Source: Octopus vulgaris
Lineage: Eukaryota
Direction of reading: 5' to 3'
DNA: 64,000 nucleotides
Assembly: GCA_951406725.2 (NCBI GenBank)
Contig: OX597827.1
Location: forward strand, 57,226,001 to 57,290,000
Shown here: piece after piece, positions 51,750 through 63,658 of the stretch
Position numbering within the stretch: position 1 is the stretch's first letter
Layout of the letters: each line of letters begins with the position of its first letter
Program-made: the position numbers and the translations under genes
The notes under the pieces: generated by a model
Seen by the model: only the letters and a program-made list of their open reading frames with translations
Database searches by the model: none
Told to the model about the DNA's origin: nothing

Positions 51750-51868
51750 GTCGACATAAGTTCCTTGATTTTCTGATGAGAAATCTGCATAATGTACTCC
51801 TTATTCCTTCGGAATTAGGAATATGCAGCCTTCGAAACATATGTCGAGAATAAAGGATATTTGTTAAC
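51750..51868 (+). ncRNA. Type-I hammerhead ribozyme-like motif with a long stem II
   Basis: CTGATGA at 51773-51779; stem II ctgcata..tcct-t-attcc-ttc-ggaat-t-agga..tatgcag; GAAA at 51834-51837; palindromic ACATATGT; GTC triplet; imperfect stem I tccttgatttt / gagaataaagga. Inside a (TA)n-flanked insert at 51668-51890. Confidence 0.6.
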
Positions 51869-51886
51869 TAGTCGTTCAACTCCATT

Positions 51887-51938
<52 letters not shown>

Positions 51939-52211
51939 GGGTTTGTATGATTGTGTACAGAGGGATATATATTATTCAAAGAAATTCCAACTCTGTTTTT
52001 TATGTTTTATTTATATTCTTTATAATATTAATGTAGAATATAGAATATATAGTATAAATAGTATATATAGTAGTATAATGAAATGAAGTATTGATTGTCT
52101 TATTGAATAGATGAAGTATTGAATATCAAATATTAAGGGATTAGTATACTTTCTTGCATTAAAGCAGTCTTCAAGGTCCCAGGTTGTGACAGGAGTGTTT
52201 CAACTGTGTGA

Positions 52212-52253
<42 letters not shown>

Positions 52254-52470
52254 ATATATACAGGCCTATATACTGGAATATGATCACATATATGTACATA
52301 TATACATATTTTATATATAAAATACATACCTATATAAATCTAAATATAATTCTCACGTGAATATTTCTTATAACTACATGTACACACACACACATATATA
52401 TTCTGTCAAATACATATATATATATATATGTGTGTATGTATACATGTTCATCTACATATATATGAATGTG

Positions 52471-52559
<89 letters not shown>

Positions 52560-52734
52560 TTAATATAGAAACATGTGCATACATACGTATTGAATACATC
52601 TGTATTTAAATGTACATACATATGTATTCATATATATATATATATATATTAGAAGAAATGATGTACTCAGAAATTCGGATGGTTTTATATTTAAAGATAT
52701 TTATTTGTATATTACATGTTTTTATACATCATAT

Positions 52735-52796
52735 AACTTAGATCATATATTAGCGCTTTCTCCCATTCTAGTGGGGTTTTCAAATCGATCTAAGTT
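52735..52796 (-). ncRNA. Degenerate hammerhead ribozyme-like motif
   Basis: Minus strand aacttagatc-gat-TTGAAAA-cccca-ctagaa-tggga-GAAA-gcgc-TA-atatat-gatctaagtt. The 10-bp distal stem I and palindromic AGCGCT are intact, but the core is mutated. Insert 52650-52843 is flanked by (TA)n. Confidence 0.45.
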
Positions 52797-52908
52797 CCTG
52801 TGAAAATGTTTTGACCATTTTATAGCGTTATTGAGTGTGTATTATATATATTTATATATATATATATAAAGAGAGAGAAATATATATATATATGTATGTA
52901 TATATATT

Positions 52909-52968
<60 letters not shown>

Positions 52969-53048
52969 TATTTAAATGTATAAGCATGTATACATATATA
53001 TATGTGTGTGTGTGTGTATGTGTGCGCGCGTGTGTACACACACACATA

Positions 53049-53209
53049 GGCGCAAGAGTGGCTTCTTGCTAAGAAGTATCCTTCGCAACCACATGGTTCC
53101 GTGTTCAGTCCCACTGTGTTGCACTTTGGACAAGTATCTTCTGGCATATCCTCGGGCTAAACAAAGCCTTGTGAGCGGATTTGATAGACGGAAACTAAAA
53201 GAAGCACGT

Positions 53210-53253
<44 letters not shown>

Positions 53254-53462
53254 GTATGTATTCGTGTGTCAGTGTTTGTCCCCCCCCACCTACGCTTGAC
53301 AACGGATGTTGGTATGTTTATGTCCCAGTAACTTAGCTGTTCGGCAAAAGAGACCGATATGATAAGTTCGAGGCTGTCAAAGAATAGGATCAATTTATTC
53401 GACTGAAGGCGGTGATCCAGCATGGCCTCAGTCAAATGACTGAAACAAGTAAAAAAATAAAA
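53049..53462 (+). mobile_element. SINE family A
   Basis: ggcgcaagagtggc head through the gactgaaacaagtaaaa tail. Confidence 0.88.
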
Positions 53463-53631
53463 GTTCATATATATCTTGACTATTGAGTAATTGTAACATA
53501 TTATTTTATAGATAAATTTCCTCTATTTACATAATATTGAGGTCTCTTTCTTTCTTTTGTTATCTTACCGTTTTTACCAATATATATATATATATATAAT
53601 ATTAATGAACAGGAGATGGATTCCGTATTAA

Positions 53632-53699
53632 ATCTTAATTGGGTACAACATATGTTTCGACCCATCAGCCTGGGTCTCTTCAGGTGCATCGATAAAGAT
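53632..53699 (-). ncRNA. Minimal type-I hammerhead ribozyme
   Basis: Minus strand gcac-CTGAAGA-GACCCA-ggctga-TGGGTC-GAAA-CATATG-TT-gtac: intact core, perfect 6-bp stem II, palindromic stem III, GUU triplet, and distal stem I atctt/aagat. Insert 53598-53851 is flanked by (TA)n. Confidence 0.72.
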
Positions 53700-54004
53700 A
53701 TATCACACTACTAACCTTTAGCGTCGGCTGACTTGTTGTTATATGTCCATCAAGTTAGAAAATGAATAAAAGCAAATAATATTACAGAAACTATGCCGAT
53801 GCTCTACTCAATATTTAAACACAATTATCGACTTATATTTATTGTCCACACTATATATATATATATATATATGTGTGTACGTGTGTGTGTTTGTGCGTGT
53901 GTGTGTGTGTGTGTGTGTGTCATTATACAGTTTTATTTCAAGATTTCTTGCGAATAGAGAAAGAGCCGGTTTCTAACCTTGATCCAAGGATCCTCTATGT
54001 ATGA

Positions 54005-54037
<33 letters not shown>

Positions 54038-54064
54038 TGTATGTATGCGTGCGTGTGTGTGTAT

Positions 54065-54095
<31 letters not shown>

Positions 54096-54176
54096 CACGC
54101 GTTCGTGCGTATGGTGGTTTAAAGGTTTAAATCTATGTATGCATATATATATATATACATACATACATACATACAT

Positions 54177-54285
<109 letters not shown>

Positions 54286-54516
54286 CATATAAGAGGGATG
54301 TATGTATGTAATATAATTTTTCAGTATCATCAGATTTTAATATGCTGGCCCACTGGTTTTAAATTGATATTAATCAAATTAATATTCAATTTTTCACCCT
54401 TGAATTACAGGGTCTGTCATGCCCGGAGTCCAACTTTGATAGAAATTAGCATTCTTGACTGCTATTTCTATTTTTTCGGTATGCGGTCAAGCAACCTGTT
54501 TTGCCTGTCCCTTTTT

Positions 54517-54547
<31 letters not shown>

Positions 54548-54551
<4 letters not shown>

Positions 54552-54777
54552 CTTTACTGCCCTCAAGGGGCTAAACACAGAGGGGACAAACAAGGGCAGA
54601 CAAACGGATCAAGTGGTTTACATCGACCCCAGTGCGTAACTGGTACTTAATTTATCGACCCCGAAAGGATGAAAGGCAAAGTCGACCTCGGCGGAATTTG
54701 AACTCAGGACGTAATGGCAAACGAAATACGGCTACGCATTTCGCCCGGCGTTCTAACGTTTCTGCCAGCTCGCCGCC
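54548..54777 (-). mobile_element. SINE family B, full length
   Basis: Reverse complement of ggcggcgagctggcagaaacgttagaacgccgggcgaaatgc... Confidence 0.92.
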
Positions 54778-55114
54778 ATGCTTGCATATCTACTTTGTAC
54801 CGGACAAGCGGTGATATGGTCAGTGCTGTTTACGTCAGTCAAAGTATCAGATGGTCTCTATTTTGCCGTCTATTTCTCCCTCTCTCCCTCTCTCCCTCTC
54901 TCACAATCCATGTTTTCTTTTTCTCTGCATGTGAACATGTGCTAATGTGTGTGTGCATCAGGATATGTAAATGTGTGTGGATATATATAATGGATCACCG
55001 TTGCACAAAAACTTGGCCTAAAAATGACTTAACAGCACCTATCAGGTGGTACTGCTAAGTTACACATGGCCTGGGCCAATTTTTGGGAAAACATATCTAA
55101 GTTTATATATATCA

Positions 55115-55152
<38 letters not shown>

Positions 55153-55362
55153 GTATGTATGTATGTATGTATGTATGTATGTATACACACACATATATAT
55201 ATGTGTATATATATATACGTATATATATACATATATATATGTATATATATATATACGTATGTATATATGTATACATATATGTATATATGCATGTATATGT
55301 AAATGTGTTTGTGTGTGTGTATACACAGACACACGCACACACGCATACAAACAAACACACAT

Positions 55363-55397
<35 letters not shown>

Positions 55398-55973
55398 ATC
55401 TTCTTTCACTTGTTTCAGTCATTAGACTGCAACCATGGTGGAACACCTCCTTCAAGGGTTTAGTCGAACAATTTGCCCCAACTTCTTTTTTAAAGTCTGG
55501 TAATTATTCTGTCAGCCTTATTATCGAACCGCTAGGTTGTGGAGCCTTGAATAAACTGTAACTGATTGTTAAGTGGTGTGAGAGCAAACACAGACACAAA
55601 GACGCGATACACACATAAATACATATATACATAAATATATACATTGATGCACTCACACACATATACATATATGTATATGTTTGTGTGTATACACATACAT
55701 ATGTATATATGTATACAGATATACATGTATGTATATATATTTGTATATGCAAATATATGTATATATATATATCTATGTGTATATATACACACATATATAT
55801 ATATACACGTAAATACACATATATAAATAAATATATATGTGTGTGTGCGCGCGCGTGTGTGTTGTGTGTACATAAGTCTTGGGATCGATTTCTTCGACTA
55901 AATCCCTTGAAGGCGGTGCCCCATTATGATCACCGTCAAATGACTGAAACAAGTAAAAGAATAAAAGAACACA

Positions 55974-56075
<102 letters not shown>

Positions 56076-56265
56076 ACCAACAACCTACTGTCAGTTTCCT
56101 TCTCCCGAATCAAATCACATGTCTTTTTTTTATCTTATCGGCCCGGAGTTTTGTAGAAGATGCTTGGCCAAGACCCACTTAGGGAACTGAGTCCAGGACT
56201 GTGCAGTTTGGGAGCAAGCGTCTTACCTCCCTCTCTCTTTCTCTTTCTCTCTCTCTATCTCTCTC

Positions 56266-56333
<68 letters not shown>

Positions 56334-56417
56334 AATATATATATAATATGTGTGTGTATGTGTGTGTGTGTATATACACACACACACACACATATATATA
56401 TATAATGTATGTATGTG

Positions 56418-56448
<31 letters not shown>

Positions 56449-56449
56449 G

Positions 56450-56481
<32 letters not shown>

Positions 56482-56599
56482 TGTATGTATACATGCATGT
56501 ATGTATGTACGTATGTATGTATGTATGTATGTATGTATGTATGTATGTATGTATGTATGTATGTATGTATGTATGTATGTGTGTATAATGTGCATTGCA

Positions 56600-57645
56600 G
56601 ACGATCTTGGACTATTTCTGAAGAGACATTCAGCAATTTCCCAAGCTGAGACAAAATTTCAATGACATTTTTTTAAGATGAAGAAAGCTATGGCATGGGT
56701 CATGGACACCGTTGCTTTGGAGAAATTCCGTGGAGTTTTCACGAAGTTAGAGAATCCTATTTCGAAGGAGATCAAAGATTTTTACAAAGGTGTAAAATCT
56801 TTGATCTCCTTCTAAGTAGAATCTTCTTACTGCAATTCATTTGTATTCCTCCAGGCACTTCATGAAGACTCCACGGAATTCCCCCAAAGCGACGGTGTCC
56901 AAAACTTGTCACACATTCCATCTTAAAAAAGTGCTCTGGAAGCGTTCCTTCAGCTAGGGAAACCAATAAAAATGGTAGGGACCAGTGTCAGGACTGTAAG
57001 AGGAGTGATGGACAATTTTGATGCCCAGCTCTGTCAAGTTGTTTTCACCAGAATGCTCGTCTTGGAACACCATGGGAAGAAACTTTGCATAAATTTTGCG
57101 CATATTCAGATCTTCATGAATAAATCTGTGTGCAGTTGTCACACCAACTCCAAACGGTATCTTATTGTCTTTATAGATAAATGACGGTCTTCGCTCAGAA
57201 GAATGCGAATTTTCTCAACCAGTTCTGATGTTCTAACGTCCCTCTCTTTCCAATACCTCTCATCGTCTCTGACATCCTCTCTACCGTTCTTGAACCTCTT
57301 GCGTTAGCTAAAAAGTTAATCCGTAAGCTGTTTGAGGCATTTCATAAGTTTCAGAGACGACGGGAGATATGGGAAGGAGGAGGCATGTCAGAACATCAGA
57401 ACTGGTTGAAAAAATTTTTCATTCTTCTCGATGATGACCATCATGTGTCTATAAAGGCAACAAGCATTACGTTTGGAGTTTGTGTAACAACTGCACACAG
57501 AATTCTGCATAAAGGTCTGAATATGCAGAAAATTTGTGCAAAGTGTGTTTCCAGAGTGTTCAGTGACGAGCATGCTGGTAAAAAAGAAGACACTACTTGA
57601 CAGAGAAGGGCTTCAAAACTGTCCATCACTCTTCTAACAGTCCAG
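56600..57645. mobile_element. Three mariner-derived fragments in alternating orientation (+, -, +)
   Basis: ORF 56954-57142 (-) reads IHEDLNMRKIYAKFLP...KIVHHSSYSPD. ORF 57385-57600 (+) reads LHKGLNMQKICAKCVSRV. Tail-to-tail junction at ~56788. Confidence 0.8.
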
Positions 57646-58026
57646 GGAGGTGCAATGGCCCAGTGGTTAGGGCAGCGGACTCGCGGTCGTAGGATCGCGG
57701 TTTCGATTCCCAGACCGGGCGTTGTGAGTGTTTATTGAGCGAAAACACCTAAAGCTCCACGAGGCTCCGGCAGGGGATGGTGGTGATCCCTGCTGTACTC
57801 TTTCACCACAACTTTCTCTCACTCTTACTTCCTGTTTCTGTTGTACCTGTATTTCAAAGGGCCGGCCTTGTCACTCTCTGTGTCACGCTGAATATCCCCG
57901 AGAACTACGGTAAGGGTACACGTGTCTGTGGAGTGCTCAGCCACTTACACGTTAATTTCACGAGCAGGCTGTTCAGTTGATCGGATCAACCGGAACCCTC
58001 GTCGTCGTAACCGATGGAGTGCTTCC
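57646..58026 (+). mobile_element. SINE family R, full length, tail type a, 12-bp TSD
   Basis: A box tggcccagtgg, B box gtttcgattcc, TCG (Arg)-like anticodon loop. TSD ctaacagtccag at 57634-57645 and 58027-58038. Confidence 0.95.
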
Positions 58027-58288
58027 CTAACAGTCCAGACAGCTTAAACAGAAAACTTAATTGCATAGTGAGTTTCCAAATTGTCTTCACATCTCGAATG
58101 CATTCTGCAGACTAGTTAACTGTATAAGCAGTGTTAAAAGTGCTGTCACAGCCGTCTCTTTCGATCTGGAATAGCAAAAGTCGGCAGGTCAGGTTATTAG
58201 ATGTTTAATAATGATACCCTAAAATTACAATATTTTAAAAGTTATAACTGCTTCTCTTTATTAAGTCTTAAGCATTCTGGAATACACG

Positions 58289-58394
<106 letters not shown>

Positions 58395-58559
58395 TATACA
58401 TACATACATAATACGTACATACATACGTACATACGTACATACATACATACATACATACATACATACATACATACATACATACATACATAGAATGATAGAA
58501 AGAGTGAGAATGAGGCGGTGAGAGTTAGATACACATGTCTATATATTTTTATTCACTCT

Positions 58560-59600
58560 CGTTTAAATTGACCATAGTTTTAGAGTAACTCTTTCCCTAT
58601 CCAACATTGTCTCCAACACAAACTACACAATTTGACCATCGTTGAAGCCACTGTTGAATTCGTTTTAAAAATTCTAGGTGAGCACTCTTTTCCCCATTAC
58701 TTCACAGTACCTTCACCTTATCTGTGACATTTTGTGCTGAAGAGTGTTCTTGATTGGACTGAACAATTGGAAATCATGAAGAGTACATCTATGCTCTACG
58801 GTTGATGGGGGACCACTGATCAGCCTAATTTCCCGATTGCTTGATTTGATCTCATATTATCATAGTGAATATTAATCGTTTTTGACTCCTGTACAATTTC
58901 TCCTTCTCAATGACTTCTCTAAGCTTTTTTAATATCTCAATATTCTGCTTTTGTTCACGACACATCCACGTTCCAGAAAATAAAAGAGAATGATTCCTTG
59001 GTCATCTCAAAGAACACTCACCACCACTTTTTGAACCAATCGTTGTCTCATGAATTTCTCAGTCCTAGGAGAAGCGGTGTAACACCACTCCGTAGAGAGT
59101 CTTTGTTTCTGGATCTTAAAGCTACATACCTACATTTCTTCCATTGTCACCAGATAAGAAAGGCGTCCAGATCAAAACAGATTTCTTCTCTTCTCTCCTT
59201 TAATTCGAGCGTCAAATAGCGAGGTAGTTACATTTTCCGATCCCCAAAATCTTCCATTATTTTCTGTAATGCATTGTGATCACAGTCTAGCTGTGCAGGA
59301 AGCTCAAGGATTATGACTCATCTGTCCGTACAAATCAATCCGTTCATTCGCTGGCTATTCTTATCAGTAGTCACAGTTTATGGTCTCCCACTGAGTGGTT
59401 TATATTCGATTGTGTTTTCCCTTTCTTTAACCTTCGTCTTTCTGTTCACATTGCTCTTTTTAATGGTGTCATCTCCATAAACAACTTGTAGTGAATGTTG
59501 GATAGTCTGGATCCCCAATTTCAGTATATACTCAACGGCAGCTTCTTATTGGAACTCATTGTTTGTTTGCAATGAAGAACAGAAAGAAATGATGCAACAG
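58560..59600 (-). pseudogene. Heavily decayed mariner transposase
   Basis: Minus-strand remnants LVTMEEM*V...STEW (VTxDExW-like) near 59150 and AAVEYILKLG near 59540. Confidence 0.5.
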
Positions 59601-59721
59601 AGTAAGAGTTACTCTTTAACATGTGCAAATAAAGCGACCTTTACCAGTTAAAAAAAAGTATATCTCACTTTTGTTTTCAGTGCACAGAAACTGTACGGTA
59701 GCCTGGCGTATGTGTGTCTCT

Positions 59722-59786
<65 letters not shown>

Positions 59787-60342
59787 ATTAAGGACAAAAA
59801 TTTGTAATAATGACAATAAAGGAAATAGAAAGAATGCAAATTTCGTATATACTATGAAATACATTTATGCTATCGTAAATGGACTGGCCTGATGTTCCGA
59901 CGTCCTTCTCCTTCCCACACCTCTCATCATCCCTCATCTCTCCTCAATAAAAGAAATGTAAACCAGGCCATCCCCAAATAAATTAAGACAGACACGAAAC
60001 GCCAATATTCCCAGGTTAAGCGAAATAATATATGCTGTAGCTATGCTAATTACAAAGAAGCGTGAACGCTGCCTCAGATCTACTTTGAAACTCAGACGAA
60101 TGACATGGAAAACAATTATACCGAAAAGTAATGAAAATAAAAGATAAAAGCCTTCAGTACTTACCAAATGAAATCAATATCCAAAAGATACAACTGAAAA
60201 GATAAGGAGAAATGTATAGGAATATAGTGTTAGCGAAAAGAGTGTGTAAAACTGACGTGGATTTGAAAAAAGAGAAACTTGCTAAATCGTGGTAAAAAAA
60301 AAACAGTATGAAAAGCGACGATTATCTAACAAAATGAGTATT

Positions 60343-60565
60343 CTTATTTCTTTACTGCCCACAAGGGGCTACACACAGAGGGGACAAACAAGGACAGACA
60401 AACGGATTAACTCGATTATATCGACCCCAGTGGTACTTATTTAATCGACCCCGAAAGGATGAAAGGTAAAGTCGATCTCGGCGGAATTTGAACTCAGAAC
60501 GTAACAGCAGACGAAATACCGCTAAGCATTTCGCCCGGCGTGCTAACGATTCTGCCAGCTCGCCG
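60343..60565 (-). mobile_element. SINE family B
   Basis: Full reverse-complement copy nested in the R4-like LINE. Confidence 0.92.
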
Positions 60566-61209
60566 ATGCCACGGAGGATAAATAGAGGCAATGCAAGAAA
60601 AGCTCATATGGTAGTGAACATGGCAGCAAAGATCAGTTGCTGTTCAACTAAGCTATAACCGAAGAATGGTTTAAACTTAGAGTGGATAGACTACCTGAAA
60701 GTGTTTTGTATCCTGCAAACATTAGAATAAATGAACAATAACAAGCAGATAGCTTAAACATGTAACGAATAAATGGCAAACAATTTTGTAGCAGACGAGG
60801 ACAAGAGGAAGGAATTATAAAATTTCATTTCACTTCTACTCCAGGGAAACGCCTTCTCTCTTGGCGATTGTTCAGTCATAGAAAGTTTCTTTCCTGTGAA
60901 TGCAGGGATGTAGGGTCTTAAGCAAGTAGAAAATTATTAAAGAATAATCACTTTTGATGTAGAAAACATACCTGGTGAAGTACTGCGAAAAACTAGCAAA
61001 AATAACTACCGAATACGGACAAAACAAAAATTGTTTTCTGTGTTGAAGGAAGCCAATAAGTACAAAACAAATGCTGAAGAGACATACGGTTATGAAAGGA
61101 AGAAGAAGCAACAGATATTGTGAAAAAGCTAGAAACGAGTCTACATGTTTTGCTGAAATGACGCCATTTATATAACCAATACGAGAAAAACTGAACGGGA
61201 ACAGAAATA

Positions 61210-62095
61210 CGAGAGAGTACCCAAAGGTAACCGGAAACGTTCGCTGTGGGACAAACCAGGCTTCTGCCGCTAGAATCCACTTATGTGACCCTTAGGCATC
61301 AGTTTACCGACTGGCAACGTTCGGTAAAGTCGTACTGCCACACGGTGCATCTTTGTATTGCAGTGCTTCTCCCCTGTGCCTCTATTTTTGCGATAGCTAG
61401 AAACGAAGGAACAGCGAGCTTCCGTGAAAGTCTGTTTTCTGCAGGGGAAAATGGCGACCGAAACAGTTATCATGCTTCAAACAGCTTACAAGGACGCAGC
61501 ATGAGCAAAACGCAAGTTAACGAGTGGTCTCCATGTTTTAGAAATGGTCACTTCTCGCTTGAAGACCAGCCTCGACCAGGACGACCGTCGACCTTCCGAA
61601 CGAATGAAAACATCATGAAAATTCATGAAGTGACCCGTCACCGAGCAATTGACGAATTTGTTGATATGATTGGTGTGTCCTAGAGCTTCTGCCAATGATT
61701 TTTGAGCGAGGAATTGTGAATGAAAAGAGTTTGCAGCAAAATTTGTGTCTCGTTTGCTCACGGATGAACAAAAGCAGTCACGAGTGAATGCGCGTTGTGA
61801 ACTGAAAGAACAGTGGGAAGTTGATCCGTATCTTTTCTCGAAGGGCATCACTGGTGATGAAAGCTGGTACTACGAAATGTGCAGATGTGGAAGAGGTGAA
61901 GAAAAAAACGATGAAGGCATTAAAAGGCATCACTTCGTCAGAGTTCCAGCACTGTTTCGAATAATGGAAAACGCATCTAGACTGATGCATTGCTTGAAAT
62001 GGAGAATACTTTGAAGGCGATAAAAGTGTAAACATGTAAAACTAAGTGAATAAAATAATACTGCAAAACTCCGGTTTCTTTTGGGCAACCCCTCG
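61210..62095 (+). mobile_element. Internally deleted mariner element with TIRs and TA TSD
   Basis: TA-cgagagagtacccaaaggtaaccgga ... tccggtttcttttgggcaacccctcg-TA. Encodes MSKTQVNEW...EDQPRPGRPS, ITGDESWYY and the C-terminal NGEYFEGD. The middle of the catalytic domain is deleted. Confidence 0.92.
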
Positions 62096-62398
62096 TAAAA
62101 CAAAAAACAATTGCAACATTGGCTGAGAAAAACAGCGCTCAAAATCCAAAGCTGAAAAGTTTTTCGTTGTAGCACAAGAGAAAATTTTTCCTTCTAGAAA
62201 CTACATAAGTATGTGATGAAACAGAATACGTGAATATGTGAAGGTTGGAAAATAGGAAATATCCACATTGTCACTTGTTGCCAAGTCTTAGTCAAGAGAG
62301 GATACATCTCAGGCCTGTTGGAGTTGGTAGTTTTATACACTGAAAATTATGTCAGCGAAAAGAAACACTTGCGTTAAAAATTGGAAGAAACATATACA

Positions 62399-62569
62399 GG
62401 CGCAGGAGTGGCTGTGTGGTAAGTAGCTTGCTAACCAACCACATGGTTCCGGGTTCAGTCCCACTGCGTGGCATCTTGGGCAAGTGTCTTCTGCTATAGC
62501 CTCGGGCCGACCAATGCCTTGTGAGTGGATTTGGTAGACGGAAACTGAAAGAAGCCTGTCGTATATATG

Positions 62570-62600
<31 letters not shown>

Positions 62601-62817
62601 TTGTGTGTCTGTGTTTGTTCCCCTAGCATTGCTTGACAACCGATGCTGGTGTGTTTACGTCCCCGTCACTTAGTGGTTCGGCAAAAGAGACCGATAGAAT
62701 AAGTACTGGGCTTACAAAAGAATAAGTCCCGGGATCGAGTTGCTCGATTAAAGGCGGTGCTCCAGCATGGCCGCAGTCAAATGACTGAAACAAGTAAAAG
62801 AGTAAAAGAGTAAAGAG
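62399..62817 (+). mobile_element. SINE family A, full-length reference copy
   Basis: A-box-like tggctgtgtgg, B-box-like ggttcagtccc, CORE-like atcttgggcaagtgtctt, internal (TA)(TG) tract and (gtaaaaga)n tail. Confidence 0.95.
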
Positions 62818-62860
62818 TAGAACAGGTTTCATAGAATCACAAAGCAATCATACTTTAGGA

Positions 62861-63201
62861 CGGTGGTTCTCAGCCATTTTTTACTAACGAACCCCTTTGA
62901 TTACTATTTTATTCAGGTGGACACCCATAATCATTCGCTGTTTAAAAACTGGTTTTATACATACTTCTTTCAAAATTCCTATTTTGTTCATCACACACTC
63001 ACTTGAGTAGTTTAAACTACATAAAATGTTAGACAATGAAACTGAGCTGCTTCTTGCAATAAATACATCTGAAGTAAAACGTTTTTCATGGATTCTTAAA
63101 ATACTACCATGGATCCCCAATTTAATATTTTGCTGGCATGGACCCCACAAATTCTTATATGGACCCTCAGGGGTTGTATGGACTCCGGTTGAGAACCACT
63201 G
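62861..63201. mobile_element. hAT/Charlie-type MITE
   Basis: TIRs cggtggttctcagcc and ggttgagaaccactg. 8-bp TSD ctttagga / ctttagaa. Confidence 0.85.
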
Positions 63202-63658
63202 CTTTAGAATACCCTTTTCTACTCAAAGAAATCAAAAACAGTTGATGTGTTATTGTTGCCAAGAACACGCAAGAAAGAAAGTGTTCTCCAATCAAATATG
63301 TAACAGACGATCTCTTGACAAAATGGAGATACAAATATAACGATCTGAAAACAGATATTTAGAATGTGGGAACTAGAAATAAAAACAATTTCTATAATAA
63401 TAGATGACTTGGGAAAGATTTGAAAAATACGCTGACTTATACATAAGCCAAACTCTGGGACTTCAAATTGTCAGATAGATACAATATATAGAAAACACTA
63501 CGGCCAGATACTGTAAACATATATAGAGCATTTCACTGTGATCAACCATACAAAATCAAAACAAAACATCACACGTGCGCAAAGTTCATAGGGCTGCACT
63601 CAGTAATGCAGTGAAAACATGCAATAAAACTAAAACTACCGAATAATAATAATAATAA

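Noticed and set aside
57646-57720. tRNA-Arg-like sequence as a tRNA gene
   Set aside because: No proper acceptor stem. It continues into a SINE body, is multicopy and is bounded by a TSD.
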